Source of the DNA: Octopus vulgaris
Taxonomy: Eukaryota
NCBI GenBank assembly: GCA_951406725.2
Contig: OX597818.1
Location: 68,944,001-69,008,000, forward strand
Length of the DNA stretch: 64,000 bases
Direction: 5' to 3'
A program made the translations under genes and the position numbers. The notes beneath the pieces were generated by a model. It was not told the origin of the DNA. It worked only from the letters and a program-made list of their open reading frames with translations, and made no database searches. Shown in pieces: positions 40,631 to 54,414 of the stretch. Each line of letters opens with the position of its first letter. The first letter of the stretch is position 1.

Positions 40631-41759
40631 GTAATGTCAAACTCTGCATCATTTTAGAGCATCACCATTTGCAAAGTTTATTTACCCAGCTGACAACTTT
40701 TGTAGATTTAGTTTGTTACTTGACTGTGTTCTTGGTTTCTTCCAAAGCCATTTATTTACTTTTTCTATTTATTTCATATACATACATATATACACATATA
40801 TATATATATATACCTTCTCTCTCTCACATACACACACACACACCCACCCACATATATGTATATTTGCTTGCATTATTTTTCAGACTCACGCACATATACA
40901 TACAACACATGTACATACATACATACATATATATTTTGGGTGTTGTCGGGTGTGTGTATGTGTATATATATTGTGGGTTACATTTTTCAGTCAAGTATAA
41001 TAATTGCTCTGTTATTTGTAATTCATATATATTTGTTTTTGTTGTTTGTATTGTTCCTTTTCTTCTATTTTTTCTCTTTCTCTTTTTCTCTTCTTTCTTT
41101 TTCTTTTTCCATTTTTTTCCTTTTAAATAAATGACTCACTGATCAAAGTTGTCATAACTTGACTCTATCATATAATTATTCAGCTGCTATGGTATCATTA
41201 ATGTTGCATTTAATACTACAATGCCTTCTTGCTTGCTTTGTTTTTATGTCTTCTTCTTATATTTTCTCTGTTTTTTTTTCTATATATATTTTTTTTTCAC
41301 ACACAGTTAAATTCTCACCACTTTCATTGTTATAATGGAAGGCCAAGTATGTTTTTTCTAGTTTTATAATTATTTATTTATTTACCACTTGTCATTTTTT
41401 CTCTCTTTTTCTTGTATTACAAGTAAAATTACTAATGGAGGAGGGGAGGATCCCTAGTAAAAAAAAATACTAAAAAAAGTAAAGAAAAATACATGTAAAA
41501 TAACAAACATTTAAAAGATAATAACAACAAAACAAAAGATGAAGAAATGCAAAGCAAACATTGTCGTGAGATTGGTTTAGTCTTGTTGTTAATGAGAATA
41601 AAAGGAGTCAAAGTTCACTAACCTTCTCTCTTCCCCTTTTTTGCAGTGAGGTGACACTTTTTTGCAGCTCCGATTTTATTCTTGCATATGTGCATAAATG
41701 TATGCATGAATGTATACACCATACACCCGTATACACACACAAGCACACACATATATACA

Positions 41760-41807
41760 TGCATATACATATACATACATACATACAAACATACATACAT
41801 ACATACA

Positions 41808-41875
<68 letters not shown>

Positions 41876-41903
41876 TATGTATATATATATATACATATAT
41901 ATA

Positions 41904-41953
<50 letters not shown>

Positions 41954-42031
41954 TCACGTTTTATATATATACATATACATATATATATGTACTTGTATAT
42001 CTAACTATCTCTCTCTTTATATAGACATATA

Positions 42032-42067
<36 letters not shown>

Positions 42068-42195
42068 TGTATGTATGTATGTATGTTTGTATGTATGTGT
42101 GTATGTATGTATGTATGTATGTATGTATGCTTGTATGTTTGTATGTATGTATGTATGTATGTATGTATGTGTATGTATGTATGTATGTATGTATG

Positions 42196-42226
<31 letters not shown>

Positions 42227-42570
42227 GTATGTATGTATGTATGTATGTATGTATGTTTGTATGTATGTATGTATGTATGTATGTATGCATGTATGCATGT
42301 ATGTTTGTATGTATGTGTGTATGTATGTATGTATGTATGTATGCATGCATGTATGTTTGTATGTATGTGTGTATGTATGTATGTATGTATGTATGTATGT
42401 TTGTATGTATGTATGCATGTATGTTTGTATGTATGTGTGTGTATGTATGTATGTATGTATGTATGTATGTATGTATGTATGTATGTATGTATGTATGTAT
42501 GTGTGAGTGTGTATGTATGTGTGTATGTATGTATGTGTGTATGTATGTATGTATGTATGTATGTATGTAT
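41760..42570. repeat. (CATA)n - (TA)n - (TATG)n block of about 800 bp
   Basis: Directly visible. Confidence 0.95.
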
Positions 42571-43329
42571 GCTGTTTCCTTAGGATTACATGATAAAGAT
42601 AAACATTTTAAAAGTATTTAATTTTCTGTTTTATTTTTTTTTTCATATTTTCAATGTTACTTTTTTTCTTTTGTAAATAAAAATGACCAGTGCTGACAAT
42701 TAAGTAGAATTTAATTATTAATTTTCAGTAAAATTTCTAATAAAAGAACAATCAAGACAATCATAGAAACATTGAAAGTCTGTGTGTCTGTGGAATAATT
42801 TGGCAAATTTTATAGTTCCAGTAATTGTAGAAATATGAACAAAACGAACAGAAAAATAAATATCAAAAACAAAAAAAAAAGAAACAAAAGACAATAACAT
42901 GTAGCAAGACTGATTCTTCAAACAATGGCAAATACATTTTTGTTGTTATTCAAAACAAAAACTATATTTTGACCAGTTCCAAACATGATGATATATTTGA
43001 TCAGTTCACCTTAGACACTAAAAAATAAAAATACTTCCAAATACAAGATTCTTTGAATCTATTATATTTTCGATGGCGCTTGCACTCTGGAACACATTTT
43101 TTCATCAACTGTCTGCAAGAGATCACAAAATATTCACCACCTCCTGCCAGTATCACTCACCTCAGTGCTACTACTAAGCAGCAGAAATGTAACTAAGCAA
43201 GGTCCAAACTCTGTTCCCCCCCACCCTCACACATTTCTTCTTCTCTGTTATCCATGTGGCCACCACATCAAGCTGGGGGGTCAGCTGTAACCACTCCAAC
43301 CATTACAAGTCGTGTTTTTTCGCTAAGAA

Positions 43330-45352
43330 TTTCTTCTTTGTTCTTTGCTTTAGTCTTTCCATCACTTCTGTCGCTACGGCAGCCAGAATGAAGAATATTT
43401 TGGTTTTTTGCTGTTCTGCTACACTTCCTAAGCCAAATGTGAGCCAAGCAGGACTTTGTAGATTTGGCTACAAACCCACAACATCCACATCTACAGGAAA
43501 AATTGAGAATTGCTCTCCCTATGTCTCACCTGATTTTAGGTGTCCCTTCCTCCACTTTCTCCTGTTTCCATACTTTTCCAACCAAGATTCATTTCCCCAA
43601 GCTATACCAGAAATCTTTTTCCCATATTAACTTTGGTTGATGCTCAGATTTCTCTTGCGTGTTTCTGCCAACAATATCAATGTTGTTCAGTGGCCTTCAT
43701 TCCTTGCTGGGATGTGGATATTTCTAAAATAGAACAACTGTTTATGTCAGATGTTTAGCGCAAGAGCAGCAGCCAGCAATGGTTACCCTGCATTGAGTAA
43801 CAATAATAAAGATGGGTGAAATGTGTCCATAAATTTACTCTTTGATCTTTTGCTCACACCACAAGTTATTTTAAGCTCCATCCGAAGCTTAGTGAATGTA
43901 CCATTAAACCGATCTTAAGGTTCCTCTTTCTTATTTCAAGGTTTTGCTTTAACCAGTTCACTTTTCTTTTCTTTATTTTCTTTTATTCTTTTCTCAAGGA
44001 AATATCAGCTGAACACTCAGGACTCTTCCTTGCATGTCTGACCATGCCATAAGGCTAGGTCTGATCATTGTTTCATTCAAAAACCATCAGAACTTTCTTC
44101 AGTTCCATCTGCATCTTCCTGTCAATAATACCATTCTGATGCCTGAATTTCAGATGTCCTTTCTTTATCTTCTTGCACTATCTTTTTTTTTTTGCTCATT
44201 TTCCTCATTAAACAACAGTGTTTACCTTGATCTCAACTCACCATTTATCTATTCAAATGCATTCTTGTTTAATGCATCAGCAATGATAAGCAAGACTGGA
44301 TTATCTGTAGGATATCTGAATGTGTTGCACCTATACATAATCCCTTCCCTGGTGACAATCACACTATTATCTAATATTGATTTTAAATTTTAGCACAAGG
44401 CCAGCAATTTTAAGGAAAGTAATAAGTCAATAGCATCGAACCCAGGGCTCATCTGGTACTTATGTTATCAATCCCGATACGATGAAAGGCAAAGGTGACC
44501 CTGGCAACATTTGAACTTAGAACAGTAATGATTCTTCCAGCTCACGACCCTGATTCTAGCTAACATTGGCCAAGGATAGGAACACACCTTACACCTTACA
44601 CAGAAAGTATCACAACTTGGCTGGCTTCATTTCCAGAAGCAAATAAAAGGACAGATTCTCTGGCTCAGTTTTTTCTTATGCTGCCCAAATGTATTGACTT
44701 CTAAACAATTTTCTTCTGTGGTTCAATTCATCTTATTTCTTTCGTCAAAAAATCTTGCCTGTTTTTGTTATTTTTATGGTTTATCCAGTTGTTCCATATC
44801 TAGTAATATCAAACTGATTCATCATCATCATCATCGTTTAACGTCCGTTTTCAATGCTGACATGGGTTGGACGGTTTGACTGATGTCTGAAGAGCCAGCG
44901 GCTGCACCAGGCTCCAATTAATACAACTTATTTCTTTCGTCACAAAATCTTGCCTGTTTCTGTTATTCTTGTGTCTTATCCAATTGTTCCATTTCCTAAT
45001 ATTATCAAACTGATGTGTCCAGTGCTACACCCATCACTTTTCCATTTTCAAGAAAGGCTCTGTTACTTCAGCAACTTTTACCTTGTTCCATTTCCTTCCT
45101 GTCAATATTATTGGCTTTGGAGCAAACAAATAGACTCCATTGAGCCCCATGACAACATGTAGCAATGTGCTTTTGCTACATTAAAGTCCAATGTGCACCA
45201 TGTTAAAGGCAGCTGGACTTTTCTGTAATACCAAAGAACCTGATTTCCATAAAGCATGGCAAAAAGACAAAATCGTTCTTGAAATAATATGTTAATCCAT
45301 TTTCCTATTTTCTTCATTCTTGTTAATGCTGTCTCAGACTCTTGGAATGGCC
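43330..45352 (-). mobile_element. Highly decayed HERO-like (RLE) non-LTR retrotransposon 3' half, interrupted by younger insertions
   Basis: Minus-strand order: WPFQESETALTRMKKIGKWIN...KVQLPLTWCTLDFNVAKA, then LTGRKW, then RQDFVTKEI...EE, then FPVDV[fs]CCGFVAKST (compare FPVEVGCRGFV). Confidence 0.65.
44390..44548 (-). mobile_element. SINE family B nested in the HERO relic
   Basis: GCACAAGGCCAGCAATTTT...CTGGTACTTA...GATGAAAGGCAAAG...TTTGAACTTAGAA. Confidence 0.75.
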
Positions 45353-45639
45353 AATTACCACCGCAATGAACAGCACCTCTAATATCATCCCTATCATCAT
45401 CAGCAGCGGAAGTGTCACCATGAACATCACCATCATCATCACTGCCATGATCATCATTGTCACCCTCAACATCCATTTCCCCCTCCTCCTCTTCTTCATC
45501 ATCATCATCATCTGCATTAACATCAACACCATGATTCCCATCATCTCCGTCATCATCACCAACATCATTGTTGTCATGAACATTCTCCTCCTCCTAAACA
45601 TCATCATCATCATCATCATTACCATCATCTTCATCGTCG

Positions 45640-45670
<31 letters not shown>

Positions 45671-46334
45671 TGTTATTGTCATCATCATCACCCGGGGGGC
45701 TGCCCCAGTTTCCAATTATCTGATTGAGCATGCTTTCTACAGCTGGATGCTCTTCCTAATGCCAACCACTTTACAGAGTATACTTGGTGCTTTTCTTGTG
45801 GCTCCACCATTAAAGCTTTTCGCATGGTACCAAAACAAGTGCTGTTTATGGGATGCCCAGCATGGGCCTGACACCAGCACGGACATAATACTAACACAGG
45901 TATGGTGCTAGTACTTTCAGCTTCAGTTTGTGTCTGCATGCTTAGAGTTTCCATTGGTTGCTTTTCTTGTATGTGAATTCTATTCTTTTTCTAAAACTAA
46001 GCTTAGGGGTTGTGTGTGTGTTTATGACATCGAGGTCATTGCTCTCCTTACACAAGTGATGAGCAGTGTTTTCAGCTGGTTCTGAGGTGGCCCTCTGGTA
46101 ATGAAACTAAACACAGCAAATTGTTATTTGATGAAAAGTAAATAAATAGTTGAAAAGGCTTAAAAACAAGCCATTTAAACAATCAGAAAGACTTCCATTA
46201 GTAAATCTACAACAGAAAACCATTTTATTTTCCAAAAGATAATTATATTAAAAATTGAATTGTTCTTTCTTAAAGACATCTTCTTGCTTCAATGTACAAC
46301 AACAACAACAACAAGGAGGATAAAATTCATTCAA

Positions 46335-46540
46335 ATTTTGGCACAAAATTAGCAGTTTTGAGGGGAGGGGACAGTCAGTTAAATCGACCCAAGTACTTGA
46401 CATGTATTGATTTTATTGAAACTGGGAGGATGAAAGGCAGAGTTAACCTCTGCAGAACTTGAACTCGGAATACAAGACTAGGAGAAATGCTGCTAAGCAT
46501 CTTAACCCACCATGCTAACGATTCTGCCAGTTCACTGTCT
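46335..46540 (-). mobile_element. SINE family B
   Basis: Family signature. Confidence 0.8.
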
Positions 46541-46595
46541 TAATAATAAGGATGATGATGATGATAATAATAGTAGTAGTAGTAGTAGTAGTAGT

Positions 46596-46974
46596 AACAA
46601 GAGCACTCAGAGAGCACAAACCTCTGGCAAGGCAACACCAATGTCCTCTCAACGATTAGCTGGAGATGATTTTTAAAATGTGAATATCTGAAATAAACTC
46701 AACTGCCCTCACAAACGACAATACTAAAAATGAACCCCACCACTCTCAAAAATTAAGTAAGAAAACTGGAAAAATAATCCAGAATCCTTGTTTGGTACCA
46801 GATCGATCCCCAAATTTAATCAGTTCATTGCCAGTCATGAAGCAAAACATCCCTGAAAGTTTCATCTGAATCCATCCAGTGGCTCTCGAGATATCTTGTC
46901 CACAGTCAAACAAACAAACAAGCAAACAAATGCAACTGAAAACAATACCTCAACCTTCATTAAGGCAGAGGTAA
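46596..46974. mobile_element. Non-autonomous Helentron-like (HINE/DINE-type) element
   Basis: AACAAGAGCACTCAGAGAGCAC-AAACCTCTGGCAAGG at one end, internal (CAAA)n, TACCTC..CCTT..AAGGCAGAGGTAA hairpin/subterminal inverted repeat at the other; flanked by simple repeats. Confidence 0.6.
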
Positions 46975-47002
46975 TGATGATGATGATGATGTTGATGATA
47001 AC

Positions 47003-47034
<32 letters not shown>

Positions 47035-47051
47035 TGATAATAATAATAACA

Positions 47052-47262
47052 GTTTCAAATTTTGCCACAGGAGCAGCCATTTTGGGGGAGGAGATGAGTG
47101 AACTACATCGACCCCTGAGTTCAACTGGTTAGTTATTTTTTTGACCCCAGAAGGATGAAAAGCAAAGTCGACCTAGGCAGAATTTGAACTCAAAACGTAA
47201 AGACGGGCGAAGTACTGCTAAGCATTTCATCAAGCATGCAAACAATTCTGTCAGCTCACCAT
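47052..47262 (-). mobile_element. SINE family B
   Basis: Family signature. Confidence 0.85.
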
Positions 47263-47504
47263 CCTCTCTAATGATGATGATGATGATGATGATGATGATA
47301 ATAATAATAATAATAATAATAATAATAGTGACGAAAACAATTGCTTTATTCAGAAAAGAATTCAATATTACCCTAAACAATAAAAACACACACGTATATA
47401 TACATATGTGTGTATATATGTATGTATATATGTATATAACAATATACAAATACACACATGCATATATATGTATCTGAATAGTGATTATATATAGAAAGAG
47501 ATTT

Positions 47505-47559
<55 letters not shown>

Positions 47560-48279
47560 AGATATACGTATAATGGTGATGAAGATAATGAAAGGAAGAA
47601 AAGTGCAAGTTTAGGGCCCCAACGTGTTACTGGTCTTGCAGAGAGGTGAAAGCGAAAGAAAGAAAAGGAAGAGAATAAGTAATAGAGAGAAAGAAACGAA
47701 GAAAGAGATAGAGAAAGAAATATCGCTTTAGTGATGGAGATAAAAATATTCTGTTGGTGGAAGGAAATTGAAGCTGCGAAAAGGAAATTGACAGGAAAAA
47801 AAATTAAAAATTGAAAAAAAAAAATGTTAAATAATGTCTTCTTGTAACAACGCCATTCAATGTCACCTTTCTCTCTTTCCTTCTATTTCAGCTTCTTCCT
47901 TTTTCTTCTCCTTCCCATCATCACCCAAATATATTGCTTCATCAATAAATTGCAATAAGATAGAACGATGTGATAGATATAAGCTAGATTGGTAGCAGAC
48001 ATGCATAGTAAGCAAATAGATATTATGGAGCTGGACTTTTTCAAACTAAATGAAGAGAGCAAATGGACCAACAGAGATGGATGGATGGGTAAGAACCAGA
48101 TGAAGATCGATGAACGAATAACAATTGATAAATGTGTTAGCGAGACATTGTCAGAGCCTCGGTTCTTTTTCTTTTCTCTTCTTTTCTTTTCTTTTTTTTT
48201 TCTGAAACGATACATAACTGTGATAACGATGGCGAGGAAGAGAGAATGAAACTTTATTTTGGTGACAAGGACAAACATC

Positions 48280-48370
48280 AATAATAATAATAATGATAAT
48301 AATAACAATGTTGTCATTATGTGTATTTAAAATAGTAAAATCAATAGTCATAACAATAATGAGGATAATG

Positions 48371-48428
<58 letters not shown>

Positions 48429-48650
48429 TGATGATGATGATGATGATGATGATAATGATGATAATAATAATAATAATAATAATGATAATAATGATTGTAA
48501 TGATGCAATGATGATGGTGATGAGGATGACATTGATAAAGATGGCAGTAATGATAACAATAACGGTGATGATGATAATGATATTGACAATGTTGATGATG
48601 ACAATGTTGATGATGACAATGATGATGATGATGATGATGATGATGATGCA
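48280..48650. repeat. (AAT)n/(GAT)n tract
   Basis: Directly visible. Confidence 0.95.
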
Positions 48651-49331
48651 AGCAAAATAAATAACTAATGAACTGATATTGCATAAGAACAACACAACCT
48701 CCACCCACCCCCGCTTCCATCCCATCATCCTCTCTCTCTCGCATCCATTCTAAAATAGACAAACAACATTTAAATGTATTTATATATGTAGAGTGAGTGT
48801 AAGAAAGTGAGAAAGCATTATGGTGACACATCAGTTTTGGCAAGCAACAGTTTAAGTAAGTTCTTTTTATTGAGAAAGTTATGATTATCTGGGAAGAAGG
48901 AAGAAAAAAAATAAAGGATTAAGAAATTCATTGTCAAATTGTTTGAGTTTCTATTATCAGCGAAATTCGTGTTGAAAATTTCTATTGTTGCTGTTGAATT
49001 TTGTTGACAAATGCTCAACTGAATATTATAAATGTTACGTTGCTGGATTATACTGAACAGAATTGAATGTACGTGTGTGTGTGTGTGTGTGAGGGGGGTT
49101 CTGGAAGTGTTGTGTGTTCAACCCACATATAGCATTGAATTTTTCACTCACTCTACCCCAATAAACCAAACTACAACTCTTCTCCTCTTACTCACCCTTT
49201 TCCTTTTTCTTCATGCACATTGATTCTCGCTCCTGCCCCTCTTTTGCAACCCAATCTTGGTCCTCACTGCCCTTCCTTATCCCCCTCTACTCCCTTCTCA
49301 TGCACTACCATCCCATTTATATTCTCAACTT

Positions 49332-49530
49332 TGTGCCGGTGGCACGTAAAAAGCACCCACTACACTCACAGAGTGGTTGGCGTTGGGAAGGGCATCCAGC
49401 TGTAGAAACCTTACCAGATCAGACGCCTGGTGCAACCCCCTGACTCCCCAGACCCCGGTCGAACCGTCCAACCCATGCTAGCATGGAGAACGGACGTTAA
49501 ACGATGATGATGATGATGATGATGATGATG
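49332..49530 (+). mobile_element. Young 5'-truncated RTE-type 3' UTR
   Basis: GTGCCGGTGGCACGTAAAAAGCACCCACTACAC...GGACGTTAAACGATGATG. Confidence 0.85.
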
Positions 49531-49794
49531 TACCTTGAGAGTATCCCTTGGCGCATCACCTCATTTTCCACCATCTATCTCACCTTTACTTTCTCACTCC
49601 CTCTTGTTCTCTTTCACTTTTGCTTTCTTCTATTTTCACTCGCTCATTCTCTCTCTCTCTCTCTCTTTCTCTCTCTCCCTCTCTAGGTGTGGTAACCCTA
49701 ACCCTCCTCTACAACAAGACACCTGTTTCTGTCCCCCTGTCATGCCCTAACCTCCCATGACTGGGCACAAAACCATCCTCTCTCAAAAGACCTT

Positions 49795-50090
49795 GGTCTT
49801 GCAAGTTACTTGGTGACCTCACCGGTGCTGGTGCTATGTAAAAAAGTATTCAGTGCCTATTGTAAATTGGTTTGAATTTGGAAGGGAATCCTGCCCTAAA
49901 AACTGCCAAAGCTGACCTCACCAGTGCTGGTACCTTGTTAAAAACACTCAGTCCACACTGTAAAGTGGTTGGCATTACAAAGAGCATCCAGCCATAAAAA
50001 CCATGCCAAAACAGACCTCGCTGATACAGGTGCTGTATGGGAAGTACCCAGTGCATTTTGTAAAAGGTTTGGCATTAGGAAGGGCATTCA
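49795..50090 (+). mobile_element. Old RTE-type UTR, three tandem modules
   Basis: GACCTCACC(G/A)GTGCTGGT...TGTAAA..GG..GG module repeated three times. Confidence 0.65.
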
Positions 50091-50864
50091 ACAGTTAATT
50101 GAGACACAAAAAATGTGTGGTTTAAGTGATGAAAAGCAGGTGATAATTATAAGGAAGCAAAATATTTCTCTTTTTAAGAATAAAGTAATATTATTTCAGT
50201 TCACATGAAAGATTTCATTGAGACAAATATTTTGAAACAAAATCCCTAAAAATGTTAAGCATAAAAGAAGCTACAAATTTTTGTGATTTTGCTTTTATTT
50301 TTATTATTTTGTTTATGCATTAAAACACATGCATATTTAGAACATTAAAATTTAAAATTTCACTCATTAAAATAACTCATTATTAATTATTTAATTAGAA
50401 TGCAATCCTTTCTTAATTTTAGGAGCAGACAAAATAAATTTCTAAGTTTGAACAAAATCTGTATTTAAAAAATATTTATAATAGTATTATTTTTTTCAAT
50501 TATACAGTTTGATATATTTAATTATAATAATAGAAGTGTTGCCTAGAAAAAAGGTGAACAAGGGTGAAAAATGTAGGCGCATTCTCCAAGACTGTTTTTA
50601 AAAATTGAACATAGAAAAGTACAGAAAAAGCAGCAATTAAGCCCAGCAAAGTACAGAACAAGAAATACAAAAAATTAAACAATTGCACCTGAAGTTAGAA
50701 TTTGTTCAATAAATTCCTAAAACTCTTCATCAAATTATGTGTGTTCAAAGAAATATTAAAAAAAAACTTTTTTTTATTTCTTTTGTTTTTTATTGCAATT
50801 TAAAAAAAATTTATGTTGATATTTTTGATTTTAAAATTTCTTTGTATTAAACTAAAACATTTCT

Positions 50865-51265
50865 GCCTTTAGTTAGTCATTTGACTGTAGCCATGCTGGA
50901 GCACTGCCTTTTACTCAAGTAAATTGACCCCAGGACTTATTCTTTGTAACCCTATTACTTATTCTATCGGTCTCTTTTGCCAAACTGCTAAGTTATGGGG
51001 ATGTAAACACACCAGCATCAGTTGTCAAGCAATGGTGGTGGTGGTGGTGGTGGTGGGGCAAACACAGACACACAAACATACACACACACACACATATACG
51101 ATGGGCTTCTTTTAGTTTCCGTCTACCAAATCCCCTCACAAGGCTTTGGTCAGCCCAAGGCTATAGTAGAAGACACTTCCCCAAGCTACCATGCAGTGGA
51201 ACTGAACCCAGAACCATGTGGTTGGGAAGAAAGCTGCTTACCACACTTGGCCATTCCTGTGCCTA
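50865..51265 (-). mobile_element. Full-length SINE family A
   Basis: Tail, body and head (GGAACTGAACCCAGAACCATGTGGTT...CTTACCACAC) all present. Confidence 0.9.
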
Positions 51266-51997
51266 TCGTTTTTGCATCTTATTTTCTTTACAAGACAATC
51301 CCAAACTTTTAAATCACAGGTATTGTGTTCTAAAATTCAGCTCATTTTGAATATAAGTAATTCAAAAGAGTAAAACAAAATCAAAAACCATTTTAAGAAA
51401 TAAAAGAATTAATTTCTTTAAAGTTTGCATTTTCTGATAACAAAGTAATTTCTATTTACAGTTTGAAAAACATTTTTAAAAAAATGAAAGCTAATGAACA
51501 GTTTGAGTGCAAAATCTAGAAATGGTTGTAGCTTTTCAGAAAAAACTTAAGGGTTATAAATGTCAGTTTTGCTTAAATTGCTCTTATGTGATTTTTTTAA
51601 ATATTTGAATTTGTAATATCAAATTTTTAATGTGTAAACTTGCAGGCAATTAGTCTTTTCACTAAAATTGAAAATGAATAGCTTCTTGAGAATTTTAATT
51701 TAAATATTTAAGTAAAAATATAAAATACAAAAGACTTTTATTAATAATTTAGTTTTTAAATTCTGACTACAACAGCAATATTTTCTTTTCTTTTCATCTC
51801 GTCCTATACTTTTCCAGGTTTAATTGCTGCTTGTTCTCTGCTTTTCCAGGTTCAATACTTAAGAATATTCTAGGATTCTGCACTGGTATTATAGGAGGGT
51901 TACGATTGCAGTGGTTACTAATTGATGCAGCTGAAATATGTGTAGGTGTGTTTGAATCTATATATATATATATATCTATATCTATGTCTATATCTAT

Positions 51998-52728
51998 ATC
52001 ATCATCATCATCATCATCGTTTAGCGTCCGCTTTCCATGCTAGCATGGGTTGGACGGTTCTACTGGGGTCTGTGAAGCCAGAAGGCTTCATCAGGCCCAG
52101 TCAAATCTGGCAGTGTTTCTACGGCTGGATGCCCTTCCTAACGCCAACCACTCCGTGAGTGTAGTGGGTGCTTTTTACGTGCCACCCGCACTGGTGCCAG
52201 ACAGAGCTGGCAAACGGCCACGAACGGATGGTGCTTTTTATGTGCCACCGACACGAGGGCCAGGCGAGGCTGGCAACGGACACGAAACGGGGCGGTGCTG
52301 GCAACGGTCGTGAAACGGAAGGTTCTCTTACATGCCACCGGCACTGGTAACACATCTGCAATTTCCATTGATCGATTTCCATTGATCGATTTCGATTCTG
52401 ATCCTCACTTGCCTCAACACGTCATCACAAGTAGAGTTTTGTGTCCCAAGAAGGGAAGGTATGCATACGTAGGCTGGCTCCATCCCATGTAGAAGGCCAC
52501 GGGTTATGGACTCACTTGTCCTGCCGGGTCTTCTCGCGCACAGCACACTTCCAGAGGTCTCAGTCTCTAGTCATTTCCTCAGTGAGACCTAAAGTTCGAA
52601 GGTCGTGCTTCACCACCTCATCCCAGGTTTTCCTGGGTCTGCCTCTTCCACAGGTTCCCTCAACCGCTAGGGTGTGGCACTTTTTCACACAACTATCTTC
52701 ATCCATTCTCGCCACATGACCATACCAA
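51998..52728 (-). mobile_element. Young RTE-clade LINE 3' end
   Basis: WYGHVARMDEDSCVKKCHTLAVEGTCGRGRPRKTWDEVVKHDLRTLGLTEEMTRD, then UTR and (GAT)n; CpG-rich. Confidence 0.92.
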
Positions 52729-52764
52729 TGTATATATATATATATATATGTATCATCATCATAA

Positions 52765-52801
<37 letters not shown>

Positions 52802-52837
52802 GAATTAAAGATAATGCTATACTACTTCTTAACAATC

Positions 52838-52844
52838 CTTATTA

Positions 52845-52899
<55 letters not shown>

Positions 52900-53054
52900 C
52901 ATCATTATCATCATTATTATTATTATTATTATCATTGTTATTATTATTATCGTTATTATTATTATTATTCTTATTATTATTATCATTGTTCTTATTATTA
53001 TTATCATTGTTATTATTATTATCGTTATTATTATTATTATTCTTATTATTATTA

Positions 53055-53085
<31 letters not shown>

Positions 53086-53160
53086 CATTGTTATTATTAT
53101 TATTATTATCATTATTATTATTCTTATTATTATTATCATTATTCTTATTATTATTATCAT
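52838..53160. repeat. (ATT)n tract with recurring variant units
   Basis: Directly visible. Confidence 0.95.
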
Positions 53161-53163
53161 TGT

Positions 53164-53648
53164 CCTTTAGTAGAAAGGATTATTATTATTATTGATAAGG
53201 TGGTGAACTGGCAGAATCATGAGCATGCTGAATGAAATGCTGAATGGTATTTCATGTGTTGCTAAATTCTGAGTTCAAATTCCACTGAGGTCAACTTTGC
53301 CTTTCATCTTTTGAGGTCAATTAAATAAGTACCAGTTATGCACTGGGGTCGATCTAACTGATGAGCCCCATTCCCCAAAATTTCAGGCCTTGTGCCTTTA
53401 GTAGAAAGGATTATTATTATTATTGATAAGGTGGTGAACTGGCAGAATCATGAGCATGCTGAATGAAATGCTGAATGGTATTTCATGTGTTGCTAAATTC
53501 TGAGTTCAAATTCCACTGAGGTCAACTTTGCCTTTCATCTTTTGAGGTCAATTAAATAAGTACCAGTTATGCACTGGGGTCGATGTAATCGACTTAATCC
53601 CTTCCCTGAATTTCAGGCCTTGTGCCTACAGTAGAAAAGATTATTATT
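53164..53648 (+). mobile_element. Tandem SINE B dimer, period 231 bp
   Basis: 53164-53353 reads identical to 53395-53584; the tails differ. Confidence 0.9.
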
Positions 53649-53757
53649 GGCAACAGACATTCAGACACAATACATCACTTGATACTCTCAGTGGAAACTA
53701 TTAACTCCAGGCCACGACAGACAGATAGGATGCTCTTGAAACTGAGAATTTGAATTT

Positions 53758-54240
53758 CATCATCATCGTTTAATGTCCACTCTCAATGGGTTGGATGATT
53801 TGACTGAGGACTGGTGAACCAGATGGCTGCACCAGGCTCCAATTCTACAGCAGGATGCCCTTCCTAACGCCAACCACTTGAGAGTGTTGTAGGTGCTTTT
53901 ACATTCCACCGGCACAAGGGCCAGTCAGGCGGTACTGGCAATGGCCACGCTCAAATGGTGTTTTTAACATGCCACCTGCACAGGAGCCAGTCCAGCAGCA
54001 CTGGCAATGACCTTGTTTGAATATTTTTTCATGTGCCACGGGCACAAGTGCCAGTAAGGTGACGTTGGTAATGATCACGCTTGAATGGTACTTTTTACAT
54101 GCCACCTGCACGGAAGCCAGTCAGCTGCTCTGGCAATGATCATGCTCGGATGGTGCTCTTAGTGCTCCACTATCACGGATGCCACTCATCAAATTTGATT
54201 TTGATTTTGATTTTAATTTCACTTGCCTCAACAGGTCTTT
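53758..54240 (-). mobile_element. RTE-type 3' UTR with 4-5 subunits
   Basis: Family signature. Confidence 0.85.
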
Positions 54241-54414
54241 GCAAGCAGAGTTTAGGGACATCATATTGACTGCCATAACCTCACTCTTACCACCATTTTA
54301 TGCCTACCATCGACCACCAACCAGCTTTGTTTATTACTCACTACATTCACCCCTTAGATATTTGGAAGAACCCTAAAGCCTCTGCAGGTAACATCATGAA
54401 ACAAGGCATAAGAT

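Noticed and set aside
47989-48249. 86-aa ORF MVADMHSKQ...
   Set aside because: Non-ATG start, no recognisable domain, runs into a low-complexity T tract
53355-53385. CTGATGAG as a hammerhead core (also CTGATGA at 57743)
   Set aside because: No pairing stem II followed by GAAA
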